In this document: positions 28,852 to 38,672 of the stretch, one piece after another
Layout of the letters: each line of letters opens with the position of its first letter
Numbering within the stretch: the stretch's first letter is position 1
Source: Candidatus Saccharimonadia bacterium
GTDB lineage: Bacteria > Patescibacteriota > Saccharimonadia > UBA4664
Assembly: GCA_041743505.1 (NCBI GenBank)
Contig: JBGTMQ010000019.1
Coordinates: 70,147 to 134,146 of the forward strand
Direction of reading: 5' to 3'
DNA length: 64,000 nucleotides
The notes under the pieces: model-generated
What the model was told of the DNA's origin: nothing
Databases searched by the model: none
What the model saw: the letters and a program-made list of their open reading frames with translations, nothing else
Translations under genes and position numbers: made by a program

Positions 28852-29265
28852 TTGAGGCTGTTTAATTTCATTGATGGTGAGTGGTCATGGAAGATATGGA
28901 CTGTTTTATTGATATTGAGTTATTTCTATATTTTTGCTTTTGAGCTAGTATTTGCTGCGGTGAGCTCATCAGCTCCAAGGTATGTTGAGCTTATTCCGGC
29001 ACTTTTTGCATTGATTCTTGCGGGGCGCTTACTCGTAGTACGAGGAGCTCATAACTTGACAATTTTCAGCGGTAAGCAAAAATTAGTTCGCATAGTGGCA
29101 TTGGGTGTGGCAATGTGGTTGGGCTTTATGCTTTTCTTACGTGTGGTTCTTATAACCCAACTACTGAGCGGTCGCCAGGGGCTGTATATGATGATACTTT
29201 GGAGTATCGCACTGGCAACGTTCTTTTATACCTACGAGAAGCGACTTAGCAACCACCATACCTAA
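28852..29265 (+). CDS. Four-TM membrane protein, AT-rich
   Basis: Hydrophobic ORF with TTG start. Confidence 0.55.
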   Translation: MRLFNFIDGEWSWKIWTVLLILSYFYIFAFELVFAAVSSSAPRYVELIPALFALILAGRLLVVRGAHNLTIFSGKQKLVRIVALGVAMWLGFMLFLRVVLITQLLSGRQGLYMMILWSIALATFFYTYEKRLSNHHT

Positions 29266-29376
29266 CATGTTGACGATGTTTGAAGAAGTGGTGCGTGTTG
29301 CGATGCATGATGCATTCTGACGCATGCCCAGAACCACCTGCGCTTTCATTCGCCTCGTCTCTGTTACAATTTATCC

Positions 29377-29937
29377 ATGATTGCCACATTACTAGGTGAA
29401 ATCACCGAAAAGCTGCCCGATAGCCTCGTTTTGGAGGCCGCCGGCGTGGGCTATGAGCTGTTCGTCGCCGTCGATACCTGGGGCGGCGCCAAGGTCGGCG
29501 AGGAAGCCCGCTTCTACATCTATGAGCAAATCCGCGAGGACGCCCACAATTTGTATGGTTTCCGTGAGCTCACCTCACGCCAGTTATTCGTCCAACTCCT
29601 GGGGGTCAATGGCGTTGGCCCCAAGCTAGCCATGCAAATTCTCAGCTCCGCCGGCGAGACGCGCTTACGCCAGGCCATTGCCAGCGGCGACCCCGCCTTG
29701 CTCAAAGGCGTCTCCGGTGTCGGCACTAAAACCGCCCAACGCGTCATCCTGGATCTGCGCGGCAAAGTCGAAGAAGGCGCCGCCGGCCTGGCGCCGGTAG
29801 CCGACAGCACCTATCAAGCCCTCGTCGCCCTTGGCTACACGCCCGCCCAAGCCACCGCCGCCGTTAACGCCCTGCCCGACGACGTCACCGACGAGCAGGA
29901 GCGCGTCAAGCTGGCATTGAAAGGAGCGGGCAAGTGA
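29377..29937 (+). CDS. ruvA: Holliday junction branch migration protein RuvA
   Basis: GVGYE, IREDA..LYGF, GVGPKLA and GVGTKTAQR motifs. Confidence 0.97.
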   Translation: MIATLLGEITEKLPDSLVLEAAGVGYELFVAVDTWGGAKVGEEARFYIYEQIREDAHNLYGFRELTSRQLFVQLLGVNGVGPKLAMQILSSAGETRLRQAIASGDPALLKGVSGVGTKTAQRVILDLRGKVEEGAAGLAPVADSTYQALVALGYTPAQATAAVNALPDDVTDEQERVKLALKGAGK

Positions 29938-30002
29938 CAGCCATCATACATAATTTAATAACGACACCAAAAAACCTCCAGTAATACTGAAGGTAAAAAT
30001 AT

Positions 30003-30037
30003 TAGTGTGGGACGGTCAATACAACCGTCCCACACTA
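30003..30037. terminator. 14-bp hairpin between convergent genes
   Basis: TAGTGTGGGACGGT...ACCGTCCCACACTA. Confidence 0.65.
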
Positions 30038-30052
30038 TAAACAAACCTGAGA

Positions 30053-30325
30053 TCAAGCCAGCCGCCGCATAACCACCGCGGCGAATACTTCTTTGACGCC
30101 TTGGTGCGCGGCCGGGTAAGTACGACCGTTGCCGTCCGTCCGGGTATCAGTGAACAACGGCTCCGCAACTTCAAATCCGTCAGAATCGCGGGGGTCAGTG
30201 TCCAACACCATGGCGATATTCAGCGCTGCCAGCTGGCCATCGCTGAGTTTACCAGCCACATGGCTAACGAGCAGCGCAAGCTCCCGCCCTGGGTTCAGTT
30301 CGGGGCTCGGTGCAGGATTACTCAT
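30053..30325 (-). CDS. Hypothetical protein
   Basis: GGAG RBS before MSNPAP; ends next to the hairpin. Confidence 0.5.
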   Translation of the reverse strand: MSNPAPSPELNPGRELALLVSHVAGKLSDGQLAALNIAMVLDTDPRDSDGFEVAEPLFTDTRTDGNGRTYPAAHQGVKEVFAAVVMRRLA

Positions 30326-30522
30326 GTCATTCTCCAATCGAGAAGATCAACAGGATATCTAAATAATAACACATATTGCTAAAAAATGCAAATTTTACGC
30401 TATTACCATCCTCCCCATGTGTGACCAAAGCAAAGAACGAGCTACAATACTTGACAAAAGCCAGAAAAGAGTGCTATAATAGTAGATATTGTACCTTAAT
30501 TCAACGAGCGACTAGGAGTGTC

Positions 30523-31023
30523 ATGACTGGCACGCTAACCCACTACAATAACCTCGTGTACGGCGACCTATTCACAACGGTGCCCGAGGACGGCCAACCG
30601 GCTTCGGGCAAACAATACCTCCGGCTCGCGCCATACCATATCGTTGACATCCAGAGCGGCCATGTCTACGAAATGTTCTGGCCTGCGCCTGTCATGCTTC
30701 TCGAGCAGGTAAAGCCAGAGGCCCAGTCGCGCCGCCTAGGAGCGCCCGGGCGCCGTCAGCGCGACATTCTTCGTATCGTGGCAGCGTCACCGGGCCGGGC
30801 CATCGCTCTGAATATCATCAGGGACTTTGTACGGCACGATCTGCCGTACTTTCGCCCCGACCAGGCCTTCCGGACCAATCTGGACCAACTGATGCTACTC
30901 GGGCTCATTGAACCGGCACGGGCAGAGGTCCACGCCTCCCATTCAATCCACTGGGTTGCTGGTTTCCAGGCCACCGGCGCCGGCCTGTTGCAAAACCTCC
31001 GCTGGGGTCCGCGTCAACGCTGA
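30523..31023 (+). CDS. Hypothetical protein, possible C-terminal winged helix
   Basis: TTGACA-18-TATAAT (30451-30480), AGGAG RBS; RQRDILRIV...LMLLGLIE...TGAG pattern. Confidence 0.55.
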   Translation: MTGTLTHYNNLVYGDLFTTVPEDGQPASGKQYLRLAPYHIVDIQSGHVYEMFWPAPVMLLEQVKPEAQSRRLGAPGRRQRDILRIVAASPGRAIALNIIRDFVRHDLPYFRPDQAFRTNLDQLMLLGLIEPARAEVHASHSIHWVAGFQATGAGLLQNLRWGPRQR

Positions 31024-31115
31024 TCCTCTTGGAAACTGTGGCCCAGCTGCTTTGGAAACGACAACTTGTCGTCCGGGCGGCTGGGCCCTTTCTATCTGAA
31101 TGCTACAATAGCCCT

Positions 31116-32129
31116 ATGATTGAACGCATCGTCAACCCGGAAGCCGACACCGAAACCGACGCCGCCACTGAGCAGGTTCTCGAGACGATCCGGCCTAAAA
31201 GCTTTGCGTCCTACGTCGGCCAACCGTTGCTCAAGCAAAACCTGGCGCTCGCCATCGATGCGGCCAAAGTCCGCGCCGAGCCCGTCGATCACATCCTGCT
31301 CTACGGCCCGCCCGGCCTCGGCAAAACCACCATGGCCGGCGTCATTGCCCACGAACTCAGCGCCAACATCCGCATCACCAGCGGGCCGGCCATCGAGCGC
31401 GCCGGCGACCTCGCCAGCCTGCTCACCAATCTGGCCGACGGCGACGTCCTGTTCATCGACGAAATCCACCGCCTACCCAAAACCGTCGAGGAGGTACTCT
31501 ACCCGGCCATGGAAGACTTTGGCCTCGACGTCATGCTCGGTAAAGGTCCATCCGCCAAATCCATCCGTCTCGACCTGCCAAAATTCACCATCATCGGCGC
31601 CACTACCCGTGCCGGCGCCCTCAGCGCGCCCCTCCGCGACCGCTTCGGCCACATCCACAAGCTCGAATTCTACTCCACCGACGAAATGATCGAAATTATC
31701 GAGCGCACCGCCAAAATCCTCAATGTGGCCATCGACCGCGAAGCCTCCGGCGAAATCGCCCAACGCGCGCGTCTGACCCCGCGCATTGCCAACCGCCTCC
31801 TCAAACGCGTCCGCGATTACGCCCAAGTTAAACAAGTCGACACTGTTACCCGTAAGTCCGCCCGCGACGCCCTGCATCTTCTCGAAATCGACGAGCTCGG
31901 TCTCGACACCTCAGACCGCAAATTACTCCAAGCCATCATCGACAACTATGGCGGCGGGCCGGTCGGCGTCGAAACCCTGGCCGCTATCTGCGCCGAAGAA
32001 CGCGCTACCATCGAGGACGTCTACGAACCATACCTCATGCAAATCGGCCTGCTCGAACGCACCGTGCGCGGCCGCAAAGTCACCCTTAAGGCCTACTCAC
32101 ACCTTGGTGTCACACCTCCAGCTATGTAA
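31116..32129 (+). CDS. ruvB: Holliday junction helicase RuvB
   Basis: [23 protein letters not shown] and TPRIANRLL motifs. Confidence 0.98.
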   Translation: MIERIVNPEADTETDAATEQVLETIRPKSFASYVGQPLLKQNLALAIDAAKVRAEPVDHILLYGPPGLGKTTMAGVIAHELSANIRITSGPAIERAGDLASLLTNLADGDVLFIDEIHRLPKTVEEVLYPAMEDFGLDVMLGKGPSAKSIRLDLPKFTIIGATTRAGALSAPLRDRFGHIHKLEFYSTDEMIEIIERTAKILNVAIDREASGEIAQRARLTPRIANRLLKRVRDYAQVKQVDTVTRKSARDALHLLEIDELGLDTSDRKLLQAIIDNYGGGPVGVETLAAICAEERATIEDVYEPYLMQIGLLERTVRGRKVTLKAYSHLGVTPPAM

Positions 32130-32301
32130 TCAGGCTACATCCTAAGTTTCGCTGCAACCGCAGAACATGATTATTCCTGTCCGGCCAAAATCAAAAATAT
32201 GCCCCTTAAGCCTATGGCCGGAGTCAGAATCTATTGACACAATGACATATTAGTGCCAGTATATGCACGTCCAATGCTCTTTGACCAGATAAGGATCTTC
32301 C

Positions 32302-32703
32302 ATGAGGCTAGCAACGACCTTTGCAGGCACCATTCTCGCAATGTGCCTGCTCGGCAGCTGTTCAGGTGGCGGCAACATCGCCGCCCAGGTAACCGGCCCG
32401 CTCATCTGCCAGCAACTCAACAACTCGCTGACTCAGCAGGCACTCGCACTCGCGATCCAACACACCATGGTTGGCCAGGCCACGCCGGCCGATCTTGCTA
32501 CCATCATGACCTCAGCTGCCAGCCTCCGCGTAATGGCGGGACAAGCCGGCGAACCGCTCAAGTCCCGGCTCACAGACGCGGCCACTGCCGCCGAAGGGGT
32601 AGGCGATGGCCAAGTCACACCCGGGGACACTCAAGCTGTAGCTGACGCGTTCACCAGGCTCGGAGAGGAGGTCGGCAAGACATGCAATCCGCCCGTTCGA
32701 TAG
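32302..32703 (+). CDS. Lipoprotein
   Basis: LLGSC lipobox; helical body with Cys near each end. Confidence 0.65.
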   Translation: MRLATTFAGTILAMCLLGSCSGGGNIAAQVTGPLICQQLNNSLTQQALALAIQHTMVGQATPADLATIMTSAASLRVMAGQAGEPLKSRLTDAATAAEGVGDGQVTPGDTQAVADAFTRLGEEVGKTCNPPVR

Positions 32704-33914
32704 CGCGCCACGCATCTCTCCTAGTGGCTACCGTCCTGTCCATGCTAGGATTGGCGGTTCCAGCCCAGGCCGGACCAGACACCACGCTCTGTCGCTCTAG
32801 TACCACCCGGGCCACCATCCCGGACACGTTCCCACTGCAAGCCTGTTTCGACGGCAACAAGCTGGTAGTCGTCAACCCGCTCGGCTTCCCCGTTATCGTG
32901 AGCGTTACAGGCAACGGCGTTGGCCAAGCGGTGCGTGTTCCCAAGCTCGGCGGCACCATACCAAGCGCCGTTCTATCCATCCTTGGCCCACACACGCCCA
33001 ACCTGGTGCCACCCGGTTACCAAATCGCAGTCCCCATCGGGGCCGGCGAGGCCAAAGTGTCGCTTTCGACCACCCCGGACCTAACCAGGGGCTATGCCGT
33101 CATCAAGATCATCTGGAATTACTTGCCGGTAGGTGAAAGCGCCAAGGCTATTGCTGATCTGGTCAGTGAGTTAACCGACGTCAGCGAGCAACACACCAAC
33201 TGCCGCAACACCAACAACAACTGGGGCGACATTGGTTGCGATGCGCTGCTCTACCGCAACATCACCTTCGCCGTGGCACGAGCCGGCATACAAGGCGGCG
33301 TCGCCGGATCCTTGAAGACCCTGATCGACTCGGCCGCCTGGTCCAACGCGGCCACTCAAGACGCACTCAAGGCCCGAAACGGTGTATCGGCATTCACCAT
33401 CAAGGCTGCTCCCGCGCCTCAGGCACCCAAGCTGCCACCGGCCCAAAGCAACCAACCGCCGCCCAGCAATCTGCCCGTGGTAACCAACAACCCGCCGTCA
33501 CCGGCGCCGAACCACACTCAACCGCTTCCGCCGCCACCAGTTACTGCACCGGCGCCAACACCGCCGTCACGCACGATAACCGTCCAAAATAAGTACCTGG
33601 TGGGCGCCAGCGGCATGGCCGAAGATAGCATCCCGGCTTATTTGTCATCACGGATGGAGCCCAGGTGCCGGGTCAACGGATGCATGCTCGACGGCACCGA
33701 AATGGCTTCCGGTGACACCATCACGGTCACATGCTACGCGCACGGCGCCGCGATGACCAATCAGAACCAATCCATCTCAGATGATGACAACAACCCCAAC
33801 CGGGCCGACTCATCGCTCTGGTATTACGGTACCCGTAGCGGTCAGCGCGGCTTCATCTCGGAGGTCTACATCACATCCCAGCACCGTGGCGGCCTCGGCC
33901 TCCCCGTCTGCTAA
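32682..33914 (+). CDS. Secreted protein with Pro-rich linker and C-terminal SH3-like domain
   Basis: Signal peptide ending AQA; Pro-rich linker; C-terminal VTCY.HG...LWY...GFISEVYI pattern. Confidence 0.7.
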   Translation: MQSARSIARHASLLVATVLSMLGLAVPAQAGPDTTLCRSSTTRATIPDTFPLQACFDGNKLVVVNPLGFPVIVSVTGNGVGQAVRVPKLGGTIPSAVLSILGPHTPNLVPPGYQIAVPIGAGEAKVSLSTTPDLTRGYAVIKIIWNYLPVGESAKAIADLVSELTDVSEQHTNCRNTNNNWGDIGCDALLYRNITFAVARAGIQGGVAGSLKTLIDSAAWSNAATQDALKARNGVSAFTIKAAPAPQAPKLPPAQSNQPPPSNLPVVTNNPPSPAPNHTQPLPPPPVTAPAPTPPSRTITVQNKYLVGASGMAEDSIPAYLSSRMEPRCRVNGCMLDGTEMASGDTITVTCYAHGAAMTNQNQSISDDDNNPNRADSSLWYYGTRSGQRGFISEVYITSQHRGGLGLPVC

Positions 33915-34032
33915 TAGTTACCAAATTTTCATCGCTGCGGGAGTTCACCCCGAACCCGGCCGGGGAGTGCATTGTATTCCCCGGCCGTATATATAAAAAA
34001 GCCCCGCTGGATGCGAGGCTTGAAAGATCGTG

Positions 34033-34485
34033 TCAGCCGAAGAGGGCAGGCCGGACTAGGACATTAGCGTCAGGAAACTGCTCCCGGCACTGGACAACCG
34101 TGTCCGAACAATCTGACTTGAGAGCATGCAGCCCATCTGAGCGACGGTCGGTTCTAAAACGAAGCCAAAGCCCTTGGTCATCCCGTTGATAGACCACCTC
34201 ATAATATGGTGGCCTCATCACTGAATCCAGCATGGCGTAGTAGACCACGAAGGTTTCGTAACCACCATCCGCCGCCTGGTTAGAGCGGGTATAGATTAGA
34301 CCACAAACCGCCGGCCTCGTCACTCCGAAGGCTTCACCATCAACGAGCATGAAATCGCGCGAAACCAGGTACTCGTTGATGCGGACGGCCGCCGGATAGT
34401 CGTGCACCCAGGCCTGGGTACGGTCAACATTCCAGAATACTCCCTCACCGGTAAAGCCGGTTGCGAGTTGGTCTCCAGGATTCAC
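34033..34485 (-). CDS. Hypothetical protein
   Basis: GTG start with AAGGGAG RBS; TTGACA-17-TATAAT at 34525-34553 on minus strand. Confidence 0.6.
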   Translation of the reverse strand: MNPGDQLATGFTGEGVFWNVDRTQAWVHDYPAAVRINEYLVSRDFMLVDGEAFGVTRPAVCGLIYTRSNQAADGGYETFVVYYAMLDSVMRPPYYEVVYQRDDQGLWLRFRTDRRSDGLHALKSDCSDTVVQCREQFPDANVLVRPALFG

Positions 34486-34597
34486 GGATGCTCAGCTCCC
34501 TTAGTTGTGAACGATCGATCTTTAATTATAGCACAAATACTAATAATTGTCAATTAAAACTCATCGAAAAATCCCTAACGCGCTACAATAAGCCATA

Positions 34598-34783
34598 ATG
34601 AAACGCATCATCATCCCCAAATCCAAACTCGCCCGCCAGCTCGGCGAAGCCGCCCAACTCAAGGCCGAAGCCACCGAACTGCTCCGTCAACTTGAACAAC
34701 AGTACCTTGGTCAAACCGTTCAGAAACCAGGCGGTTGGCGGCAAGATCCACTCGGGTGGTCTAAACGTCAGCGCAAAAACTAA
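34598..34783 (+). CDS. Small hypothetical protein
   Basis: TACAAT upstream; stop abuts the stop of the convergent pilus gene. Confidence 0.5.
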   Translation: MKRIIIPKSKLARQLGEAAQLKAEATELLRQLEQQYLGQTVQKPGGWRQDPLGWSKRQRKN

Positions 34784-35077
34784 CTACTGGCCGTCAAACG
34801 GATTGCTGGTGCCAATGGCCGTCGGCGCAACCTGGCCGGGCACCACTTGGAGGCTTTTGACGGTCTGGACGGCGGATTTATCAAACACGATTTTAGACTG
34901 CGCCGGAGTCACAGTAGTCTCTGCCGGCTTAGTGTTAAAGGCCGCATTAACCACCCAGCCGGTATAACCAAACAGCGCTACCAGCGACAGCCCGAGCACA
35001 GACGGCCCAAATTGCTTGAGTAGCTTGAGTAATCCGGCCTGGCTGAGATCAAGTTTTAAATTCATCTTCATGTTCAT
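34784..35077 (-). CDS. Pilus-associated single-TM protein (PilP position)
   Basis: Follows pilO; one TM; C-terminal NPF motif. Confidence 0.65.
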   Translation of the reverse strand: MNMKMNLKLDLSQAGLLKLLKQFGPSVLGLSLVALFGYTGWVVNAAFNTKPAETTVTPAQSKIVFDKSAVQTVKSLQVVPGQVAPTAIGTSNPFDGQ

Positions 35078-35079
35078 AA

Positions 35080-35634
35080 TTATGGCTTCACATAAGCGTT
35101 AACTGTCATGGCGTAAGTAATGGGCTTACCCTTACCGGTCGTCGTCACCGTCAAGGTCGTGACACTGGTAAACCGGCTCAGGTGCTCCACTTTGGCCAAG
35201 AAACTCTGTAACTGGCCATATGACCCTTGGACTTGAAAAGTAATAGGCAGAGCCAGGACGTTACCAGCGGCCACAGTTTGCGAGGTCGCCGTAGGCAAGC
35301 CAACCGGGCTGGTAAAGTTCACGTTGGATAACGCGAGACCACTGCCGCCGGCTATGGTTTGCAGCTGAGCCAATATAGCGGTCTGGTTCTTGGCTCGGGG
35401 CAGCGCGTCCTCAATCAACGGCAGGATCGGTTCAATCTCCCGGTTGTATTGGTTTTTAAGCCGGTTCAGGTACTGGATTTGCTCTTCGGCGCTGGCTTGC
35501 TCGGCCAATTGCACAGCTAGTTTATCGGTGGTCGCCTTCAAGTTGGTCAGCGCATAATAGTAACCAGCGCCACCCGCCACTACAAATGCGGTAATTGCTC
35601 CCAATAAAACATAGAAAAATTGCTTGGGTTTCAT
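35080..35634 (-). CDS. pilO: Type IV pilus protein PilO
   Basis: TM, coiled coil, ALP, and GSY.QL.SFL..VE.L.RF motif. Confidence 0.85.
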   Translation of the reverse strand: MKPKQFFYVLLGAITAFVVAGGAGYYYALTNLKATTDKLAVQLAEQASAEEQIQYLNRLKNQYNREIEPILPLIEDALPRAKNQTAILAQLQTIAGGSGLALSNVNFTSPVGLPTATSQTVAAGNVLALPITFQVQGSYGQLQSFLAKVEHLSRFTSVTTLTVTTTGKGKPITYAMTVNAYVKP

Positions 35635-36170
35635 CTGGCCTGCCCCGGCTTAAAGCCGATTACTACGCTGGACTGGAACGAGCTGGCGTTCTGGGCAATA
35701 TTCTCCAGGTCAACGCCACTAATTCGCGGCGAGTTAGCTGCAGCGTCCCGAAAGGCCAGCATGGAATTGTAGCTGTCGCCCGTAACGGTGACACGTACGG
35801 GCTTCGTGTCATCGCCGGTTAGCGTAATACTAACGATGGCCACGCCCTGAGGTAGCACCTTAGCCAGGTCATCCAGCAATAGCGAAAAGCGCGTCTGAGT
35901 ACTTTGGATCGTCTTAATTGCGGTCAACCGGTCCGCCGCTTCCCGCGACTTTTTAACGTTCGGCGCATGACTGGCAATTGTTTGTTGCTTATCGGCAACG
36001 TCACGGGTTAGCGCATTAGCCTGCTGCCCCAAAAAGTACAGTGTGACGCCAAATATCGCCGTCAGCACAATCAGCACTAGTACCAACATGCGCAGATAAC
36101 CCAGAACCCGGCGGTTAAGCTTGGCATAATGCATCTGCTCCTTGATGTCTGGCGACAAGAGGTTAATCAT
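35631..36170 (-). CDS. pilN: Type IV pilus protein PilN
   Basis: MINLL start overlapping the pilM stop; TM, coiled coil, LAKVLPQGV. Confidence 0.85.
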   Translation of the reverse strand: MINLLSPDIKEQMHYAKLNRRVLGYLRMLVLVLIVLTAIFGVTLYFLGQQANALTRDVADKQQTIASHAPNVKKSREAADRLTAIKTIQSTQTRFSLLLDDLAKVLPQGVAIVSITLTGDDTKPVRVTVTGDSYNSMLAFRDAAANSPRISGVDLENIAQNASSFQSSVVIGFKPGQAR

Positions 36171-37219
36171 AACGTGCCCTCCAGCCGCGCCAACCCGATA
36201 GCGGTCGTGTACATGGGCGCCTCCAGTGCCGAGACATTCTGGATGTTTTTGAGCAGAAGACCCTCCCACGGCGCAGCAATATTAACCGGAATGCCAAGCT
36301 GTTGGCTCATGTATTCAACCAGCCCGGGCATACCGGCGCTACCACCGGCCAAAATAACTGTTTGAATCGGCCGCTTATCCGCGCCACGGTCAGCGTAGAA
36401 TTTCATCACCCGCTTCATCTCACTACAAATAGTATCAAGCTGAGGCTTCATCGCCGCCGTAATCTTAACCTGGAGTCCGGACGGGCCAATGCCGAACTTA
36501 AACTTAATTTCATTCGCTTGCTCGTGTTTAATCTCCAGCTCGTTCATCAGCTGAACGGTCAAGTTGTCTCCACCCAGCGCGATGGTGTCTGTCAGGCGGG
36601 TAACCCGGTCGTGCACGGCCAGGTCGATCGAGTTTGAGCCCATATCTGCCACCAGAGTCACCTTGTCCATGGGCTTGGCCGACAACAAAGCCCTCGTCAC
36701 GGCCGACAGGCTTGACTCAATAAACACGACCTCCAGGTTCATCAAGGAAAATAGCTTGATATAGCTGTCTACGATCGCCCGCGGTGCCGCCACCATCAGC
36801 ACCTGGAGATGCTCGGTTTGACGCTCGATGATCTCATAATCAATATACAAATCCGGCAAAGGCACCGGCACATACTGCTCGGCCTCCAGTTTGACCGCCG
36901 CGTCAAGGTCGGCCGTTTCCATCGGCGGTAGTTGCAACACCCGGGTAAATGTCTTGGCCACCGGCAAGGCCGTAGCCACTCGGGTAGCGGTAATGTGACC
37001 GTAACTCATTTGGGTCAATAGCGGCTTGAGCGCCTTAGCAATTTCCTGTGGGTCCACAATAATGCCCTCAACAATGGCATCATCGGGGAACATTGCATAA
37101 CCATAACCCAACACTTGCATTCCCTTGCTGGTGGGGCGCAATTGAATCATTTTAGCAGTCCGGGTACCAAGGTCAAACCCGAACAGCGGTTCATATTTGT
37201 AAACGAGGCGAACTTGCAT
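36167..37219 (-). CDS. pilM: Type IV pilus protein PilM
   Basis: FGFDLG, EAEQYVP, ADMGS and LAGGSA actin-like motifs. Confidence 0.93.
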   Translation of the reverse strand: MQVRLVYKYEPLFGFDLGTRTAKMIQLRPTSKGMQVLGYGYAMFPDDAIVEGIIVDPQEIAKALKPLLTQMSYGHITATRVATALPVAKTFTRVLQLPPMETADLDAAVKLEAEQYVPVPLPDLYIDYEIIERQTEHLQVLMVAAPRAIVDSYIKLFSLMNLEVVFIESSLSAVTRALLSAKPMDKVTLVADMGSNSIDLAVHDRVTRLTDTIALGGDNLTVQLMNELEIKHEQANEIKFKFGIGPSGLQVKITAAMKPQLDTICSEMKRVMKFYADRGADKRPIQTVILAGGSAGMPGLVEYMSQQLGIPVNIAAPWEGLLLKNIQNVSALEAPMYTTAIGLARLEGTL

Positions 37220-37253
37220 CTATATAACCATAACAATATTCATTTTAGCACGC

Positions 37254-38672
37254 TTAGAGAGCCTCGTAGTATCGCACATCCCATGAACTGCTACCCCCCG
37301 AAGAGCTGCTGCCGAAGGTAATGTTACCAGAGTTACTCAAGGTTATTTTTTGTGCCATAATCGCGCCAATATTCCCACCATTGCTCAGCGTCAGCGCTGT
37401 CCAGCGGGCATAAAATGTACTGCTGGCGGCCAAACCTTGGTTATTAATACTAACGGTCTGCACATTCATGGAACTGTTAAGGTTAGAGCCTGTCACGGTG
37501 GAGCAGTCTGGCGAACATGAGGCTGTTGAGTAGAAGGTAATAAAATTGGCACCTATGCCATTTGTGTTGGTGGCTACAACCGATGAATTGCTCATCGTAA
37601 TACCGCCAGAGCCGTCGATCATGACGGTGGGTGTCGTGGTAACGCCAGCCGCCAGCCTCAACTGACTGCTATTAGATAGGCTCAGCGTTCCAGTAATCCA
37701 GGCGTTTCCGGACAACGTCACATTGCAACTGTTACTCAACGAGACGTTGCCGGTGATCTTCACGTTGGCCGGCCAAGTCTTAGCTTGACTACCACTGCAA
37801 GAGGCCGCCGAGCCGCTGATATTATGAACCGGCCCGGCAGGAACAGCGGCTTTTTGCCCGTCGCGGTCATAATCGGGCAAGGTCACGGCAGCGACGCCGC
37901 TGGCTTCTGTCAGCCCCGGATTAGACAAACCGGTAGTAGTAATTTGGCCGTTGGCTTTAGTGTCACCATAAATGCGGGCACTATTAGTTATAGTAATGGG
38001 ATTGTTTTGCGTCCCCATCGGGCAAATCTGCGGCCACGTAGCGTTTACAGGAACGGGGCAACGCTGGTTTGCTACTGATACGGCCACCGGCGAGGCAGCC
38101 GAACCAATCCGGGATGAGTTACTCATGGTGAGGAAACCTCCGACATAAACCGGGCCGGTGGTAATAGTCGCAGAGTTGCTCATAACCAGCCCGCCTGGCC
38201 CGGTCTGAATCACGTAGCCACCGGAGGGGGTGCCTTCAATGATGAGCCGGACTTTTTTGGTAGATTTAGGTGTCACGGATGAGGCCGGGGCATAAACCTT
38301 ACCCACGGCATAAACAATTTTTTCATTGGCAATAGTGCCGCTGGTAACACAGGTTTCGTATGTAGCCCGGCCCTGGGCATTGCTATAGAGCGTTACTGGG
38401 TTGGAACCACTGGAGGTTATCGGGCAAACAGTGTTGGTACCGGTGTAGGAGCCACTTTGGTTGATCTCATACATAAACCGGTCTGCGCCAGCTTCGGCCG
38501 CATAAACCGCATTGGTAGTATAGGTCGAACGTTTAGCGGCTCCCAGGTTATAGAGTCCCAGCGTCATCACTCCCATCAAAATCGTCAAGACAACGAAGCC
38601 TTGGACAAGCATAAGAATGAGCAGGAAGCCATTTTCTGAGCTACGTAATGGTAATTGCAATCGTTTCATCAT
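37254..38672 (-). CDS. PilX-like minor pilin with beta-helix-like C-terminus
   Basis: ENGFLL prepilin-like site without E5; AAEAGAD; repeated (L/M)SNS motifs. Confidence 0.75.
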   Translation of the reverse strand: MMKRLQLPLRSSENGFLLILMLVQGFVVLTILMGVMTLGLYNLGAAKRSTYTTNAVYAAEAGADRFMYEINQSGSYTGTNTVCPITSSGSNPVTLYSNAQGRATYETCVTSGTIANEKIVYAVGKVYAPASSVTPKSTKKVRLIIEGTPSGGYVIQTGPGGLVMSNSATITTGPVYVGGFLTMSNSSRIGSAASPVAVSVANQRCPVPVNATWPQICPMGTQNNPITITNSARIYGDTKANGQITTTGLSNPGLTEASGVAAVTLPDYDRDGQKAAVPAGPVHNISGSAASCSGSQAKTWPANVKITGNVSLSNSCNVTLSGNAWITGTLSLSNSSQLRLAAGVTTTPTVMIDGSGGITMSNSSVVATNTNGIGANFITFYSTASCSPDCSTVTGSNLNSSMNVQTVSINNQGLAASSTFYARWTALTLSNGGNIGAIMAQKITLSNSGNITFGSSSSGGSSSWDVRYYEAL

